From NCBI GenBank assembly GCA_000383815.1, contig KB912743.1, positions 12,945 through 76,944 on the forward strand: a stretch of DNA of 64,000 bases. The letters run 5' to 3'. The notes beneath the pieces were generated by a model. That model had not been told where the DNA came from, ran no database searches, and saw only the letters and a list, made by a program, of their open reading frames with translations. The position numbers were made by a program, and so were the translations under genes. Below, piece after piece: positions 1 to 10,050 of the stretch. Position 1 is the first letter of the stretch. Every line of letters starts with the position of its first letter. The DNA is from an actinobacterium SCGC AAA027-J17 (GTDB lineage Bacteria; Actinomycetota; Actinomycetes; Nanopelagicales; Nanopelagicaceae).

Positions 1-700
1 CAGCGTTAGTAACCAAAGAGATAGCAAGTATTTGTGCACCCAGTGCATGCGCAGCAATTGCCTCTGGGACTGTGGACATGCCAACTAAGTCAGCTCCTAA
101 TCCTCGCATCATTCGAATTTCTGCTGGCGTCTCATATGAGGGCCCTCGCCAGTGAACATATACACCCTCTGCTAAAGAGGGATCCTCATCCTTAACAATT
201 TGTCTTAATCTCTTGCTATATAAATCGGTTAGATCAACAAAATCTGCACCGATTAAAGGTGAAGCTGCAGTTAGAGAGATGTGGTCTTTAATCAAAACCG
301 GTTGACCAACTTTATAATCAGTATTGATTCCACCGCATGCATTTGTTAGAACAATATTCTTACACCCTGCCTTGACTGCAGTTCTTACTGCATGGGCTAC
401 GGGTTCCATACCAAGTCCTTCATAAAAGTGAGTGCGGCCTAAGAAGACTAGGGCGTTAGAGCCATTTGATAATCTGTAAGAGCGTAACTTCCCGCCGTGA
501 CCTGCAACTGTTGGCGCTGGAAATCCAGGTAACTCAGTTACTGCAAATTCATGAGTTGGTGTGCCAAGTGCATCAGCGGCTGAGATCCAACCAGAACCCA
601 TTACAAGTGCTACATCATGCTTTTCTTTACCAGTAATTTTTGCAATTGCTTTTGCAGCTTTTTCGGCAGTACCAATTGGGTCTTTGTATAACTTGCTCAT
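1..700 (-). CDS. punA: Purine nucleoside phosphorylase (3' end runs off window)
   Basis: Manual translation from ATG at 700: MSKLYKDPIG...ALVMGSGW...PGFPAPTVAGHGG...GRTHFYEG...LTNACGG...GPSYETPAE...LVGMSTVPEA; PNP family motifs; not in ORF track because truncated. Confidence 0.92.
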   Translation of the reverse strand, partial: MSKLYKDPIGTAEKAAKAIAKITGKEKHDVALVMGSGWISAADALGTPTHEFAVTELPGFPAPTVAGHGGKLRSYRLSNGSNALVFLGRTHFYEGLGMEPVAHAVRTAVKAGCKNIVLTNACGGINTDYKVGQPVLIKDHISLTAASPLIGADFVDLTDLYSKRLRQIVKDEDPSLAEGVYVHWRGPSYETPAEIRMMRGLGADLVGMSTVPEAIAAHALGAQILAISLVTNA

Positions 701-722
701 AAGGCAAACTTATCCTAAAAAA

Positions 723-1322
723 TTACTTATTTTTAAGTTCAGGCCAGCTATAGCCAAGGGAGATAATCATCTTGCGCAATAAAGGTAGTGATAATCCAAT
801 GATTCCACTGGGATCCCCCTCTATTTTTGTAATAAATGGTGCACTTAATCCATCTAGGGTAAAACCTCCAGCAACATTAAGTGGCTCATCTGAATCAACA
901 TAATCGATAATCTCAGCATCAGTCATCTGCGCAAACTGCACCTTTGCTGTTGACCGCTCACTTAGCTCAATTTCTTGTCGTAAGTCGATTAAGCAATGGC
1001 CGGTGTGAAGATACCCAGTTTTACCACTTAATTGTTTGCACCTTTCGATCGCCTTCGTTTTCGTAACTGGCTTACCTAGTGATTTTCCTTCAAATTCAAA
1101 TGTTGAATCACAACCGATAACTAAAGAATTAACAGGTGCTTTGCCTTTAACTGTATGCGCTTTAAGAATTGCTAAAGCAATTACCAGCTCTGCCGGTGAT
1201 AGGGACTCAAACTCCGATGCATCTTCATCAACCCCACTTACTAAAATACTTGGCGTTATCCCAACACTTTCTAACAGGCGAAGTCGTGATGGTGACGCAG
1301 AGGCAAGAATTATTTGAACCAT
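723..1322 (-). CDS. maf: Maf family nucleoside triphosphate pyrophosphatase
   Basis: IILASASPSR, GCDS, LGKP, AGGF, GLSL motifs; start moved to MVQIILAS. Confidence 0.92.
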   Translation of the reverse strand: MVQIILASASPSRLRLLESVGITPSILVSGVDEDASEFESLSPAELVIALAILKAHTVKGKAPVNSLVIGCDSTFEFEGKSLGKPVTKTKAIERCKQLSGKTGYLHTGHCLIDLRQEIELSERSTAKVQFAQMTDAEIIDYVDSDEPLNVAGGFTLDGLSAPFITKIEGDPSGIIGLSLPLLRKMIISLGYSWPELKNK

Positions 1323-1342
1323 TATGCAGGTAACCTTAATAC

Positions 1343-2164
1343 ATGAAACCGCCATACATTGGAATAATCACACAGGCGTGGGGTCAATCTACCTATCAAA
1401 GTGAAGCGGTGAAACTGGGAGTTCAGATTAGATCTGAAAATGTAAGTATGTCAGCTGAGACGTTAATTGAATTTGCTAAGGATCTTGATTTTGTTTATGC
1501 AGACCCCAAAATTATTTCACTTCCTGCAATTAAAAGTGCGGAAAAATCTGGCGTAAAGGTGTATCCAACCTCTAAAACATTAGAGAAGTTGGATCAGATT
1601 TCCATGCATTCAACTCAAGGTGAGCATCTATCGATTTTAGTTGCAAGATCAGCTCATGCACAGGCCGTTACCTGGCCAATCTCCTTACTTACTGGTGACA
1701 TATCGATCACTCCACTTCCGGGAATTACTGATGAGATTTCGCAGGAAATTCAAGTTTCAGCACTAAAACTTGCAGATGAGGTCGGCTTAGTCGGGGGATT
1801 TGAAATTTATGTTGATGCTGTTGATTACAAGAAACTAGTTGGAGTGAACTATTTAATTCCAAATGCAAGGTACTGGAGTCAGATTGGCTGCGCGACAAAT
1901 TTTTATGAGCAGAGCCTAAGAGCTGTTTTAGATTTGCCACTAGGAAGTATTGAGTTGTTATCTAATTATGTAGTTACAGGAGATTTAGAAACTGACCCAG
2001 AAAGTGATGATTACCGGCCATACCTGCATCTAATGGCACGTAATCCAAAACTAAAGTTTGATCAATCAATTAAGCAGGTTGGAATCATTGGAGAAGAGCT
2101 TGAAACTTTACTTACTGAGGTTATCCATGCTCAACAGTATTACAGCGGAAAAATTCTGGAATAA
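1343..2164 (+). CDS. Degenerate PurK-like (ATP-grasp-derived) protein
   Basis: C-terminal TNFYEQSLRAVLDLPLGS and YLHLMARNP resemble actinobacterial PurK; only 273 aa and catalytic motifs not recognisable; TAACCT-N6-ATG signature. Confidence 0.6.
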   Translation: MKPPYIGIITQAWGQSTYQSEAVKLGVQIRSENVSMSAETLIEFAKDLDFVYADPKIISLPAIKSAEKSGVKVYPTSKTLEKLDQISMHSTQGEHLSILVARSAHAQAVTWPISLLTGDISITPLPGITDEISQEIQVSALKLADEVGLVGGFEIYVDAVDYKKLVGVNYLIPNARYWSQIGCATNFYEQSLRAVLDLPLGSIELLSNYVVTGDLETDPESDDYRPYLHLMARNPKLKFDQSIKQVGIIGEELETLLTEVIHAQQYYSGKILE

Positions 2165-2557
2165 CTATATTTTTTTGCCATATTCAATTGCAGGACAGCG
2201 ATTCATTACCGTAACTAAACCAGCCTTTCCTGCTCTATCAACTGCAGCCTCATCAATAACATCAAGCTGAAGCCAAACTCCCTTTGCTTTAATCGCAATT
2301 GCACTATCTACAACCTCACCGGCAAGCTCTGAATTAACAAAGATATCCACTACATCTACTGCAAAAGGAATATCTGATAATTTTGCATATCCTTGTTGAC
2401 CATGAACTGTTTCTGCTTTTGGATGAACTGGTATTACTTGGTGGCCCTTTTCTATGAGTAATTTTGAAACTCGATAAGCCGCCCGTTCAGAGTTATTACT
2501 CAAGCCAACAACTGCCCAAGTCTTTAAGGCTAGTAATTGATCTATTGGATTACTCAC
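2165..2557 (-). CDS. CoA-binding domain protein (YccU-like)
   Basis: WAVVGLS, VIPVHP, VDVVDIFV, VWLQL, MNRCP motifs; GTG start overlapping ugd stop. Confidence 0.88.
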   Translation of the reverse strand: MSNPIDQLLALKTWAVVGLSNNSERAAYRVSKLLIEKGHQVIPVHPKAETVHGQQGYAKLSDIPFAVDVVDIFVNSELAGEVVDSAIAIKAKGVWLQLDVIDEAAVDRAGKAGLVTVMNRCPAIEYGKKI

Positions 2558-3866
2558 TATCAGTTCGACCCAATGCTCTGAATTTCCAACCAGCTGCCCG
2601 CCAAAGATCACGATCTAGTGCATTTCTACCATCGATCATAATTGCGGATTTAACTAGTTTCTTAATCTGTGCTGGATCAATCTCGCGATAAATTTTCCAT
2701 TCAGTTAGATGAAGAACTATCTCAGCATCTTTCAATGTTGAATTTATATCCTCTGCAAAAGTTAATCCAGGAAAACGTTTCTGCGCATTAGAAATTGCTT
2801 TCGGATCATGGACTGTGACATTAGCTCCAGCTGCTTGAATTTGTGCTGAGATATCCAGGGCCGGGGAGTCACGAACATCATCACTATCTGGTTTAAATGC
2901 CGCCCCTAAGACAGCAACTTTTTTACCTACTAAGTCATCAGATAGATCTTTGCGAACTAGTTCAATAATTCTCTGTCGAGCACGCAGATTGATGGCATCG
3001 ATCTCTTTTAAGAATTCAACAGCCTGGCTAGCTCCCAGCTCCTCAGCCCGTGCCATAAATGCGCGGATATCTTTTGGAAGGCAGCCACCGCCAAATCCAA
3101 TTCCTGCTTGTAAAAATCTACTACCAATTCTTGGGTCATAACCAATAGCTTTCGCTAAAACAGTCACATCACCACCAGATGCTTCGCAAACCTCAGCCAT
3201 TGCATTAATAAAAGAAATCTTGGTCGCTAAAAATGAGTTAGCTGCAACCTTTACTAACTCTGCTGTTGGCAGATCAGCTCTCACCCAAGGCGTGTTTTCT
3301 TTCAGGTTTATTGCATATACCTCTTTAAGAATATTCTCAGCAGAATCAGTAACAACTCCAATAACTAAACGATTTGGTCGCAGAGTATCTTCAACTGCAA
3401 ATCCTTCACGGAGAAATTCGGGATTCCAGGCAAGATCTGCTTTGGGGTTTAACTCAAGTAATCTCTTTCTTAATTTTGTTGCCGTTCCAACTGGAACAGT
3501 TGATTTGCCAACAACTAACCCACCTGGTTTCACGTGCTTTGCGATTGATTCAAGCGCAGAATTTACATAGGTTAAATCTGCGGCATTACCGTTTTTAACC
3601 TGGGGCGTTCCTACACAAATAAAGTGCACATCTGCATCAGAAAGATCTTCAACCTTATTTGTAAAAGTTAAGCGCTTGGCTTTAATTTGCTCTGCCAGTA
3701 ACTCCTCTAAATCTGGCTCATAAAATGGAACTTTTCCTTTGCTTAATAAATCCACTTTTGAAGACTCAGTATCAAATCCAATTACCTCAAAGCCCAAACT
3801 TGCCATACAGGCAGCGTGAGTAGCACCTAAGTAGCCAGTACCAATTACTGAAAGTTTCAACGCCAT
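2550..3866 (-). CDS. ugd: UDP-glucose/GDP-mannose 6-dehydrogenase
   Basis: GTGYLG, CVGTP, KSTVPVGT, NPEFLREG, GFGGGCLPKD, AFKPDSDDVRDSP. Confidence 0.95.
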   Translation of the reverse strand: MALKLSVIGTGYLGATHAACMASLGFEVIGFDTESSKVDLLSKGKVPFYEPDLEELLAEQIKAKRLTFTNKVEDLSDADVHFICVGTPQVKNGNAADLTYVNSALESIAKHVKPGGLVVGKSTVPVGTATKLRKRLLELNPKADLAWNPEFLREGFAVEDTLRPNRLVIGVVTDSAENILKEVYAINLKENTPWVRADLPTAELVKVAANSFLATKISFINAMAEVCEASGGDVTVLAKAIGYDPRIGSRFLQAGIGFGGGCLPKDIRAFMARAEELGASQAVEFLKEIDAINLRARQRIIELVRKDLSDDLVGKKVAVLGAAFKPDSDDVRDSPALDISAQIQAAGANVTVHDPKAISNAQKRFPGLTFAEDINSTLKDAEIVLHLTEWKIYREIDPAQIKKLVKSAIMIDGRNALDRDLWRAAGWKFRALGRTDSE

Positions 3867-3894
3867 GGATAGAGCCTATCTTTAAGTAAGTTAA

Positions 3895-4995
3895 TTATCG
3901 GCAGATATTATCTGCCGCAGTACGAGTTTTAAACTTATCAATAATCTCAACCTTTGCAGCTTCTGTTGCAGATGGTGAAGGTGATGGAGTTACCTCATCT
4001 ATTACTGCTCGATCCTCACGCAAGCGATCCCATAATTCAGGAGCCAAGACCGGATCCCATAAGACCGATGCAGTTACGCCATTTGAGTAGTAGTTCAAAC
4101 TTGAAAGCGGCACAGTAAGGGTTCTTATATTTGAGGTGGCAAGTGATTTCATTTGCTTAGCCAAGGTAATCAAGTCTGAATTCTTCAATCCCTCATCAGT
4201 TGTTACCGCAGAAAGGGAGGAGTTAATAAAATTAGTCATCGTTACTGGATTTAGTAGCACTCCAGCACTTGTCGCCTTCTTAACAACTGATGACATAAAA
4301 GCTTGCTGGCGTTGCATTCTTCCGATATCTCCTAAGCCATCAAACTCTCTAGTTCTAACATACTTAAGTGCATCAATTCCATTTAGGGTATGAACTCCGG
4401 CAGGTAAAACCAAGTGACTCTTAGGGTCATCTATATCTTTCTTGGTACAAACCTCAATGCCACCTAATGAATCAACCACCTTGGCAAACCCGGCGAAATT
4501 AACCTCTATGTAATGATCGATCTTCAACTCGGTCATTTCCTCTATTGTTTGAATAAGTAAAGGCGCACCACCCCAGTTGAACGCTGAGTTGATTTTCGAG
4601 TAAGCAGCCGGAATACTTTTTCCTGATTTGTTTAGGTGCGCAGGAATTAATGCAAATGAATCTCTAGGGATAGAAACTAAAACAGCCTTATCGCGGGCTT
4701 TTGAGATATGAACTAGCAACATCGTGTCAGATCTTTTGCCAGCAGCAGTTGCAACAGAGCCAACTCGAAGAGCCTTAAGTTCTGCCTTTGTTAAACCTTC
4801 TCGGGTATCTGATCCAACCAATAAATAATTTATTGCAGAAGACATTCGTTCAGGACGCTTATCAATGCCAGCAAATGCATCTATCTTGTTTATTGAGGCA
4901 GATACTGTGCCAAAAGCCAATGCACTCACTGCTGAAATTGCTAAAGTTGCGATCGAAATACCAGTAAAGATCCTGATACTTCGAGAAGATTTCAT
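3895..4995 (-). CDS. LytR-CpsA-Psr (LCP) cell-wall glycopolymer ligase
   Basis: N-terminal TM; LLVGSD, RSDTMLL, SIPRDS, KINSAF, YVRTR, GDIGRMQRQQ. Confidence 0.92.
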   Translation of the reverse strand: MKSSRSIRIFTGISIATLAISAVSALAFGTVSASINKIDAFAGIDKRPERMSSAINYLLVGSDTREGLTKAELKALRVGSVATAAGKRSDTMLLVHISKARDKAVLVSIPRDSFALIPAHLNKSGKSIPAAYSKINSAFNWGGAPLLIQTIEEMTELKIDHYIEVNFAGFAKVVDSLGGIEVCTKKDIDDPKSHLVLPAGVHTLNGIDALKYVRTREFDGLGDIGRMQRQQAFMSSVVKKATSAGVLLNPVTMTNFINSSLSAVTTDEGLKNSDLITLAKQMKSLATSNIRTLTVPLSSLNYYSNGVTASVLWDPVLAPELWDRLREDRAVIDEVTPSPSPSATEAAKVEIIDKFKTRTAADNICR

Positions 4996-5054
4996 CTTCT
5001 TATCCTAGATTATGGACAGGGAAATATTGGGCACAAATAATGGCAGGAGGGGTT

Positions 5055-6029
5055 ATGAATGATTCAACCGCACCTGCAGTATCGGTTATCTTGCCTATTC
5101 TCAATGAAGATCAGGATTTAGAAAATTGCATCTCAGCAATCCTTCAGCAAGACTATCTTGGAGAAATTGAAATAATTTTGGCACTTGGGCCTTCAAAGGA
5201 TAAGACTAATCAGATTGCTGATGATTTAGCAGCAAAAAATTCTAGAATTAAATTAGTGAGCAACCCATCTGGACAAACTGCCAAAGGTCTTAATTTAGCT
5301 GTTAAAGAAAGTTCTTATGAAGTTATCTGCAGAATTGATGGCCACTCTGAAATCTCACCAACATATATAAAAACTGCGGTTGAGATTATGTTAAAAACGG
5401 GCGCCGTAAATGTTGGCGGAGTTATGTATGCAGATAGCAGCAGTGGATTACAGCGAACAATTGCGCAGGCAATGCGATCAAAGCTTGGCGTTGGGCCTTC
5501 AAAGTTTCATACTGGCGGTAGTGCAGGTGAATCTGAGACTGTTTATCTTGGTACCTTTAAGAAGGCTGCAATATTGAAAGCCGGTGGCTTTGATGAGCGG
5601 TATATCAGAGCGCAAGATTGGGAGTTAAACCATCGCATGCGTGCTCAAGGTGGATTAATTTGGTTTGATCCAGCGCTTAAAGTCACATATCGACCAAGGA
5701 AAAGTATTTCAAAGTTAGCAAAGCAATATTTTCAGTATGGCAGATGGCGTCGAGTTATCGCTAGACAGCACTCTAAAACTACAAACTATCGCTACCTGGC
5801 ACCACCAGTTGCAGTAATTGCAAATGCTATGTCACTTATAGCTGGAGTTTTTATCAATCCAATTTTATTTGCACCTTTTATATCCTATGTAATACTTCTA
5901 GTTATTGGTGGTTTAATTATTGGCCAGCAAGTTTTAGACAAATTTTTTATGCCACTAGTTCTAGCGACAATGCATATTTCATGGGGAGTGGGTTTTCTTA
6001 CCTCCCCGAAAAAACTTTTTAAAGGCTAG
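5055..6029 (+). CDS. Glycosyltransferase family 2
   Basis: VSVILPILNE, RIDGH, GGFDE, QDWEL, QYFQYGRWR; C-terminal TMs; AGGAGG RBS. Confidence 0.9.
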   Translation: MNDSTAPAVSVILPILNEDQDLENCISAILQQDYLGEIEIILALGPSKDKTNQIADDLAAKNSRIKLVSNPSGQTAKGLNLAVKESSYEVICRIDGHSEISPTYIKTAVEIMLKTGAVNVGGVMYADSSSGLQRTIAQAMRSKLGVGPSKFHTGGSAGESETVYLGTFKKAAILKAGGFDERYIRAQDWELNHRMRAQGGLIWFDPALKVTYRPRKSISKLAKQYFQYGRWRRVIARQHSKTTNYRYLAPPVAVIANAMSLIAGVFINPILFAPFISYVILLVIGGLIIGQQVLDKFFMPLVLATMHISWGVGFLTSPKKLFKG

Positions 6030-6958
6030 TTATTGTGTAGGGCTGCATTAAGACCAGCCCACTTGCCAGATTTAGATACCGCCTCAAGTGCTCCTGATTG
6101 TGAATTACGTCTGAATAACAGGTTATTAGCTCCACTTAATTCTTTTGATTTAACAATACTTCCATCAGGAAGGCTTATCTTTGAGCCTGCCGTAATGTAA
6201 ACACCGGCTTCCACAACACAATCATCTCCTAAGCTAATTCCAATACCTGAGTTTGCGCCAAGCAAAGTCCTTTCACCAATAGAAATTACCTCTTTACCGC
6301 CACCACTTAGAGTTCCCATAATTGATGCACCACCACCAATATCACTGCCATCGCCAACAACAACACCGGCACTAATTCGGCCTTCCACCATTGATTTGCC
6401 TAAAGTACCTGCATTGAAATTAACAAAGCCTTCATGCATCACAGTGGTGCCAGGTGAGAGATAAGCCCCCAACCTAACTCGATCCCCATCTGCTATTCGC
6501 ACACCATCTGGAATCACGTAATCAATCATTCTTGGGAATTTATCAACACCATATACAACCAAATTTCCAAATTTGCTTTGTAGTTGTGGCCTGACCTTCT
6601 CAAAACCTTCAACTTCACATGCACCAGCTGAGGTCCAAATTACATTTGCTAGCAGTCCAAATATGCCATCAAGATTTATTGCATGCGGGGCTACTAACCT
6701 ATGTGAAAGTAAGTGAAGTCTGAGATAAACATCAGCGGCATCTTTTGGTTTTTCATCAAGAGTAATTACAACCTCAACTGCGACTTTTTTAACTTTACGA
6801 ATCGAATCTTCACCGAGTAATGCATCAACATGGCTATCACTCTTATTTTTTGGCGCATCTCCTAAACCAAGGCTGTAAAAAGAGCACTCAAGAATTTGCC
6901 CAGATTGGGTTTGGGTAGCAACACCAAATCCATATCCCTTACTTTGATTACTGCTCAT
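6026..6958 (-). CDS. dapD: Tetrahydrodipicolinate N-succinyltransferase
   Basis: YLRLHLLSHRLV, VDKFPRM, MHEGFVNFNAGTLG, EGRISAGV, GTLSGGG. Confidence 0.95.
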   Translation of the reverse strand: MSSNQSKGYGFGVATQTQSGQILECSFYSLGLGDAPKNKSDSHVDALLGEDSIRKVKKVAVEVVITLDEKPKDAADVYLRLHLLSHRLVAPHAINLDGIFGLLANVIWTSAGACEVEGFEKVRPQLQSKFGNLVVYGVDKFPRMIDYVIPDGVRIADGDRVRLGAYLSPGTTVMHEGFVNFNAGTLGKSMVEGRISAGVVVGDGSDIGGGASIMGTLSGGGKEVISIGERTLLGANSGIGISLGDDCVVEAGVYITAGSKISLPDGSIVKSKELSGANNLLFRRNSQSGALEAVSKSGKWAGLNAALHNN

Positions 6959-7002
6959 TAGCCAACGGTATCAAAGTGAGTGAGAGGTAATAGACTAAAT
7001 TC

Positions 7003-7539
7003 ATGCGCGTATCAGTTTTCTGCTCCTCTGCTCCTAATATTCCTCAAAGTTCACTTGAATTAGCATTTGATATCGGCAAAGCAATTGGTCAGCAAGGTTG
7101 GGATCTAGTTTGGGGTGGCGGTAAAGCATCGATGATGGGTCAGGTGGCTAAGGGTGCCAGAGAGGCTGGCTCTGTCACGATTGGTGTTATTCCCGAGCCA
7201 CTTAAGCGGATTGAATTTGAAGATGCTCAAGCCTCACAAATGCATGTTGTCGATAACATGCGAAATCGAAAAGCAAAAATTGAGGATTTAGCTGAGGCAT
7301 TTATTATTTTGCCTGGCGGAATTGGCACCTTAGAGGAGTTTTTTGAGATCTGGGTTGGCCGTTACTTAAAGTTTCACAACAAGCCAATTGCAGTCTGTGA
7401 TCCAACTGGTGTTTATGCACCACTTAGAACTGCCTTGGATCATCTAGCCTCACAAAACTTTATGAAGGCAGGACAAAAAGAGTTAGTTAAATGGTGCAGT
7501 GACATTCCATCAACTATTGAGGCGGTTAAAGCTAAATGA
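7003..7539 (+). CDS. LOG family nucleotide monophosphate nucleosidase
   Basis: LVWGGG and PGGIGTLEE motifs. Confidence 0.92.
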   Translation: MRVSVFCSSAPNIPQSSLELAFDIGKAIGQQGWDLVWGGGKASMMGQVAKGAREAGSVTIGVIPEPLKRIEFEDAQASQMHVVDNMRNRKAKIEDLAEAFIILPGGIGTLEEFFEIWVGRYLKFHNKPIAVCDPTGVYAPLRTALDHLASQNFMKAGQKELVKWCSDIPSTIEAVKAK

Positions 7540-7997
7540 ATAAGTTATCAAATCTTGAATTAACTATAAAAATTGATAAACCAATTGAGCAGGTTTGGAA
7601 ATCTTTAGTTGATTGGAAAGGTCAAAGTAAGTGGATGTTGCAAACCAAAGTTTGGTCTGAGATTGATCAAGATCGCACGGTTAGAAATGGCAAGGGCGTA
7701 CTTATCTTCGCCTTCACTGGCATCTTTCCAAAGCTTTACCCAAAATTGAGAATTGGCATTTTAGATACGATGGAGATTACAAATTGGAAGCCGCCATACA
7801 TCTGCGAGGTAAGACATATTGGTCGAGTTCTTAGAGGAACTGGAAAATTTGAGTTAAAGAAAGTTCGCGGTGGCACAATTTTTTATTGGCAGGAAGAGGT
7901 AATTGCACCCAGCATTATTTTACTCTTCGCAAAACCTGCGTTACTTATCGGAGTCTGGCTCTCTTTGCGCCGATTCGCTCGCCAAGTTTGCGCATAA
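7536..7997 (+). CDS. SRPBCC/START-like domain protein
   Basis: PIEQVWKSLVDW, DTMEITNWKPP, HIGRVLRGTG pattern; ATGA overlap with LOG gene. Confidence 0.75.
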   Translation: MNKLSNLELTIKIDKPIEQVWKSLVDWKGQSKWMLQTKVWSEIDQDRTVRNGKGVLIFAFTGIFPKLYPKLRIGILDTMEITNWKPPYICEVRHIGRVLRGTGKFELKKVRGGTIFYWQEEVIAPSIILLFAKPALLIGVWLSLRRFARQVCA

Positions 7998-8034
7998 CTC
8001 GAAAGTATTGGCTCTGCCCAGTAACCTTTATGCC

Positions 8035-8232
8035 ATGGCACCTGATGACAGCCGAAAGACGATCGCTGAATTAATTGCCACCTTGCCTGAAGAAGAGCGT
8101 TTGATTTTGACATTGCATTTAGTAAATATGGTCAGTGTGAGCGAGATAGCAGAAAAATTGGGTGTGCCCGAGCGAGCGGTCACTTCAGTAATTACATCGG
8201 GCAGATCCCGCTTAATTGGCTTGATTTCATAA
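8035..8232 (+). CDS. Stand-alone sigma-70 region 4 (HTH) small protein
   Basis: LPEEERLILTLHLVNMVSVSEIAEKLGVPERAV...GRSRL matches ECF sigma region 4 pattern; TAACCT 7 nt upstream of ATG. Confidence 0.7.
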   Translation: MAPDDSRKTIAELIATLPEEERLILTLHLVNMVSVSEIAEKLGVPERAVTSVITSGRSRLIGLIS

Positions 8233-8323
8233 GGGTATTTAAAGGATTTCCCACCCGTAGCCATATAGGGGATAATTACACCTCTAGGTCAGCATTAGAT
8301 GATTTTTATTAGGGGAGATTCAA

Positions 8324-8503
8324 ATGGCAGCGATGAAACCAAGAACTGGTGATGGCCCAATGGAGGTCACCAAAGAGGCTCGCTCAATGGTCATGAGAAT
8401 TCCACTTGAAGGTGGCGGAAGACTAGTTGTGGAACTAAATGTGGAAGAGGCAACAAATTTAGGAAATGTTCTACAAGCTGCTGTTGCATTAGTAAAAAAG
8501 TAA
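8324..8503 (+). CDS. DUF3117 family conserved actinobacterial small protein (59 aa)
   Basis: Manual translation MAAMKPRTGDGPMEVTKEARSMVMRIPLEGGGRLVVEL...; GGGGAG RBS; below ORF-track cutoff. Confidence 0.92.
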   Translation: MAAMKPRTGDGPMEVTKEARSMVMRIPLEGGGRLVVELNVEEATNLGNVLQAAVALVKK

Positions 8504-8530
8504 TCGACAAATCTAGATACCACTAAGTTT

Positions 8531-10024
8531 ATGAGTAATAAACTCCTAGATCTATCGCCAAAACTCTCACTTATTACCGAGAGAGATTTAGAACTATCAG
8601 AATTTACTGCAGTTGCAATACCAGTAACACCAGGTGAGAAACCACAACTAGTAAAGAGTAGGTTTTTAACCGCACTTAACAACTTCACAAAATTAGATCT
8701 AAATATTGAGCTGGCAAATTGGCCAGAGTTCACCGCAAAAGCTGGTGAAATTATTGAAGTTCCACTCTCGGCAGCAAATCTGACACGAATATATCTAGTT
8801 GGTATTGGTGAGGGAAATAATGAAGATCTGCGTAAGTCTGCCGCTGCAGTAGGGCGAAAAGTTAAAGCCAGCAACAGTCAGATGCTGTGCGCGTTATCTG
8901 AGGATAAAAACTTAATTACCACTATCGCGGTCGCTCTTATACTTTCAAATTATCAATTCTCACTTAAGAGTGAGCAAAAAGATAAGAAACCATCATTTAC
9001 GATTTATGGTGAGTTTGAGAGAGAGGTAGAGAGAGCAGATGTATTAGCAACTGCTGTCTGGCAGGCGAGAGATTTAATTCATACACCTTCAAATATTAAG
9101 AATCCAGAGTGGCTTGCAAAACAAGCTAGCGCTTTGGTTTCATCTGCGAAAAATTCTGGACTTTCAATCACCGTTAAATCTGGCCGAGCAATAAAGGATT
9201 TTGGTGGATTAGTTGCAGTTGGTAACTCATCTCCTAAGCCTGGTCCTAGATTAGTAGAGGTCTCTTATGCTCCAAAGGGCTCTACTCATTGGCCTCATGT
9301 TGTTTTAGTTGGCAAAGGGATAACTTTTGATACAGGTGGTGTTTCTTTGAAACGACCTTATGACGCGATGATTGGTATGAAGAGTGACATGGCAGGTGCT
9401 GCCGCAGTATTAACTGCCACCGTTGCATTGGCAAAGACAAAACCAAAGGTAAGAGTTACTACATTACTAATGGCTGCTGAAAATGCTCTTTCTGGTACAT
9501 CACAACGCCCATCTGATGTGATTAAACATTACGGTGGCACAACTGTTGAAGTGATAAACACTGATGCTGAGGGCAGATTAGTTTTAGCAGATGGTCTTGC
9601 ATATGCTGATTTAAATTTGGATCCAGATTATGTACTGGATGTTGCCACTTTGACTGGTGCTGCAACTCTTGGTCTTGGCCGTCAATATGCTGCGATGTAC
9701 ACCCGGAATACAACTTTGGCGAAAAAACTAAATGAAATTGGGGATCGAGTTGGTGAAAAAGTTTGGCATATGCCATTAGTCGATGATTACTCAGTGGCGC
9801 TAGCCAGTGATGTTGCAGACTTTAACCACACAGCAGATAAATTTAATTTTTCAGCAGGCTCTGTAACAGCAGCACTGTTTTTAGAGGAGTTTGCTGGTGA
9901 TAGAGCTTGGGTCCATTTGGATATTGCCGGTACCGGCAGATCTGAAGTAGATGCTGGTGAGAATATAAAGGGTGGTACTGGATTTGCAGTACGGCTCTTA
10001 ATTGAATGGCTGGATACCTTTTGA
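8531..10024 (+). CDS. pepA: Leucyl aminopeptidase (M17)
   Basis: VGKGITFDTGG, MKSDMAG, NTDAEGRL, ATLTGA, HLDIAG. Confidence 0.93.
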   Translation: MSNKLLDLSPKLSLITERDLELSEFTAVAIPVTPGEKPQLVKSRFLTALNNFTKLDLNIELANWPEFTAKAGEIIEVPLSAANLTRIYLVGIGEGNNEDLRKSAAAVGRKVKASNSQMLCALSEDKNLITTIAVALILSNYQFSLKSEQKDKKPSFTIYGEFEREVERADVLATAVWQARDLIHTPSNIKNPEWLAKQASALVSSAKNSGLSITVKSGRAIKDFGGLVAVGNSSPKPGPRLVEVSYAPKGSTHWPHVVLVGKGITFDTGGVSLKRPYDAMIGMKSDMAGAAAVLTATVALAKTKPKVRVTTLLMAAENALSGTSQRPSDVIKHYGGTTVEVINTDAEGRLVLADGLAYADLNLDPDYVLDVATLTGAATLGLGRQYAAMYTRNTTLAKKLNEIGDRVGEKVWHMPLVDDYSVALASDVADFNHTADKFNFSAGSVTAALFLEEFAGDRAWVHLDIAGTGRSEVDAGENIKGGTGFAVRLLIEWLDTF

Positions 10025-10050
10025 GCCAATCACCGCAAGCCCGAGGTGAC

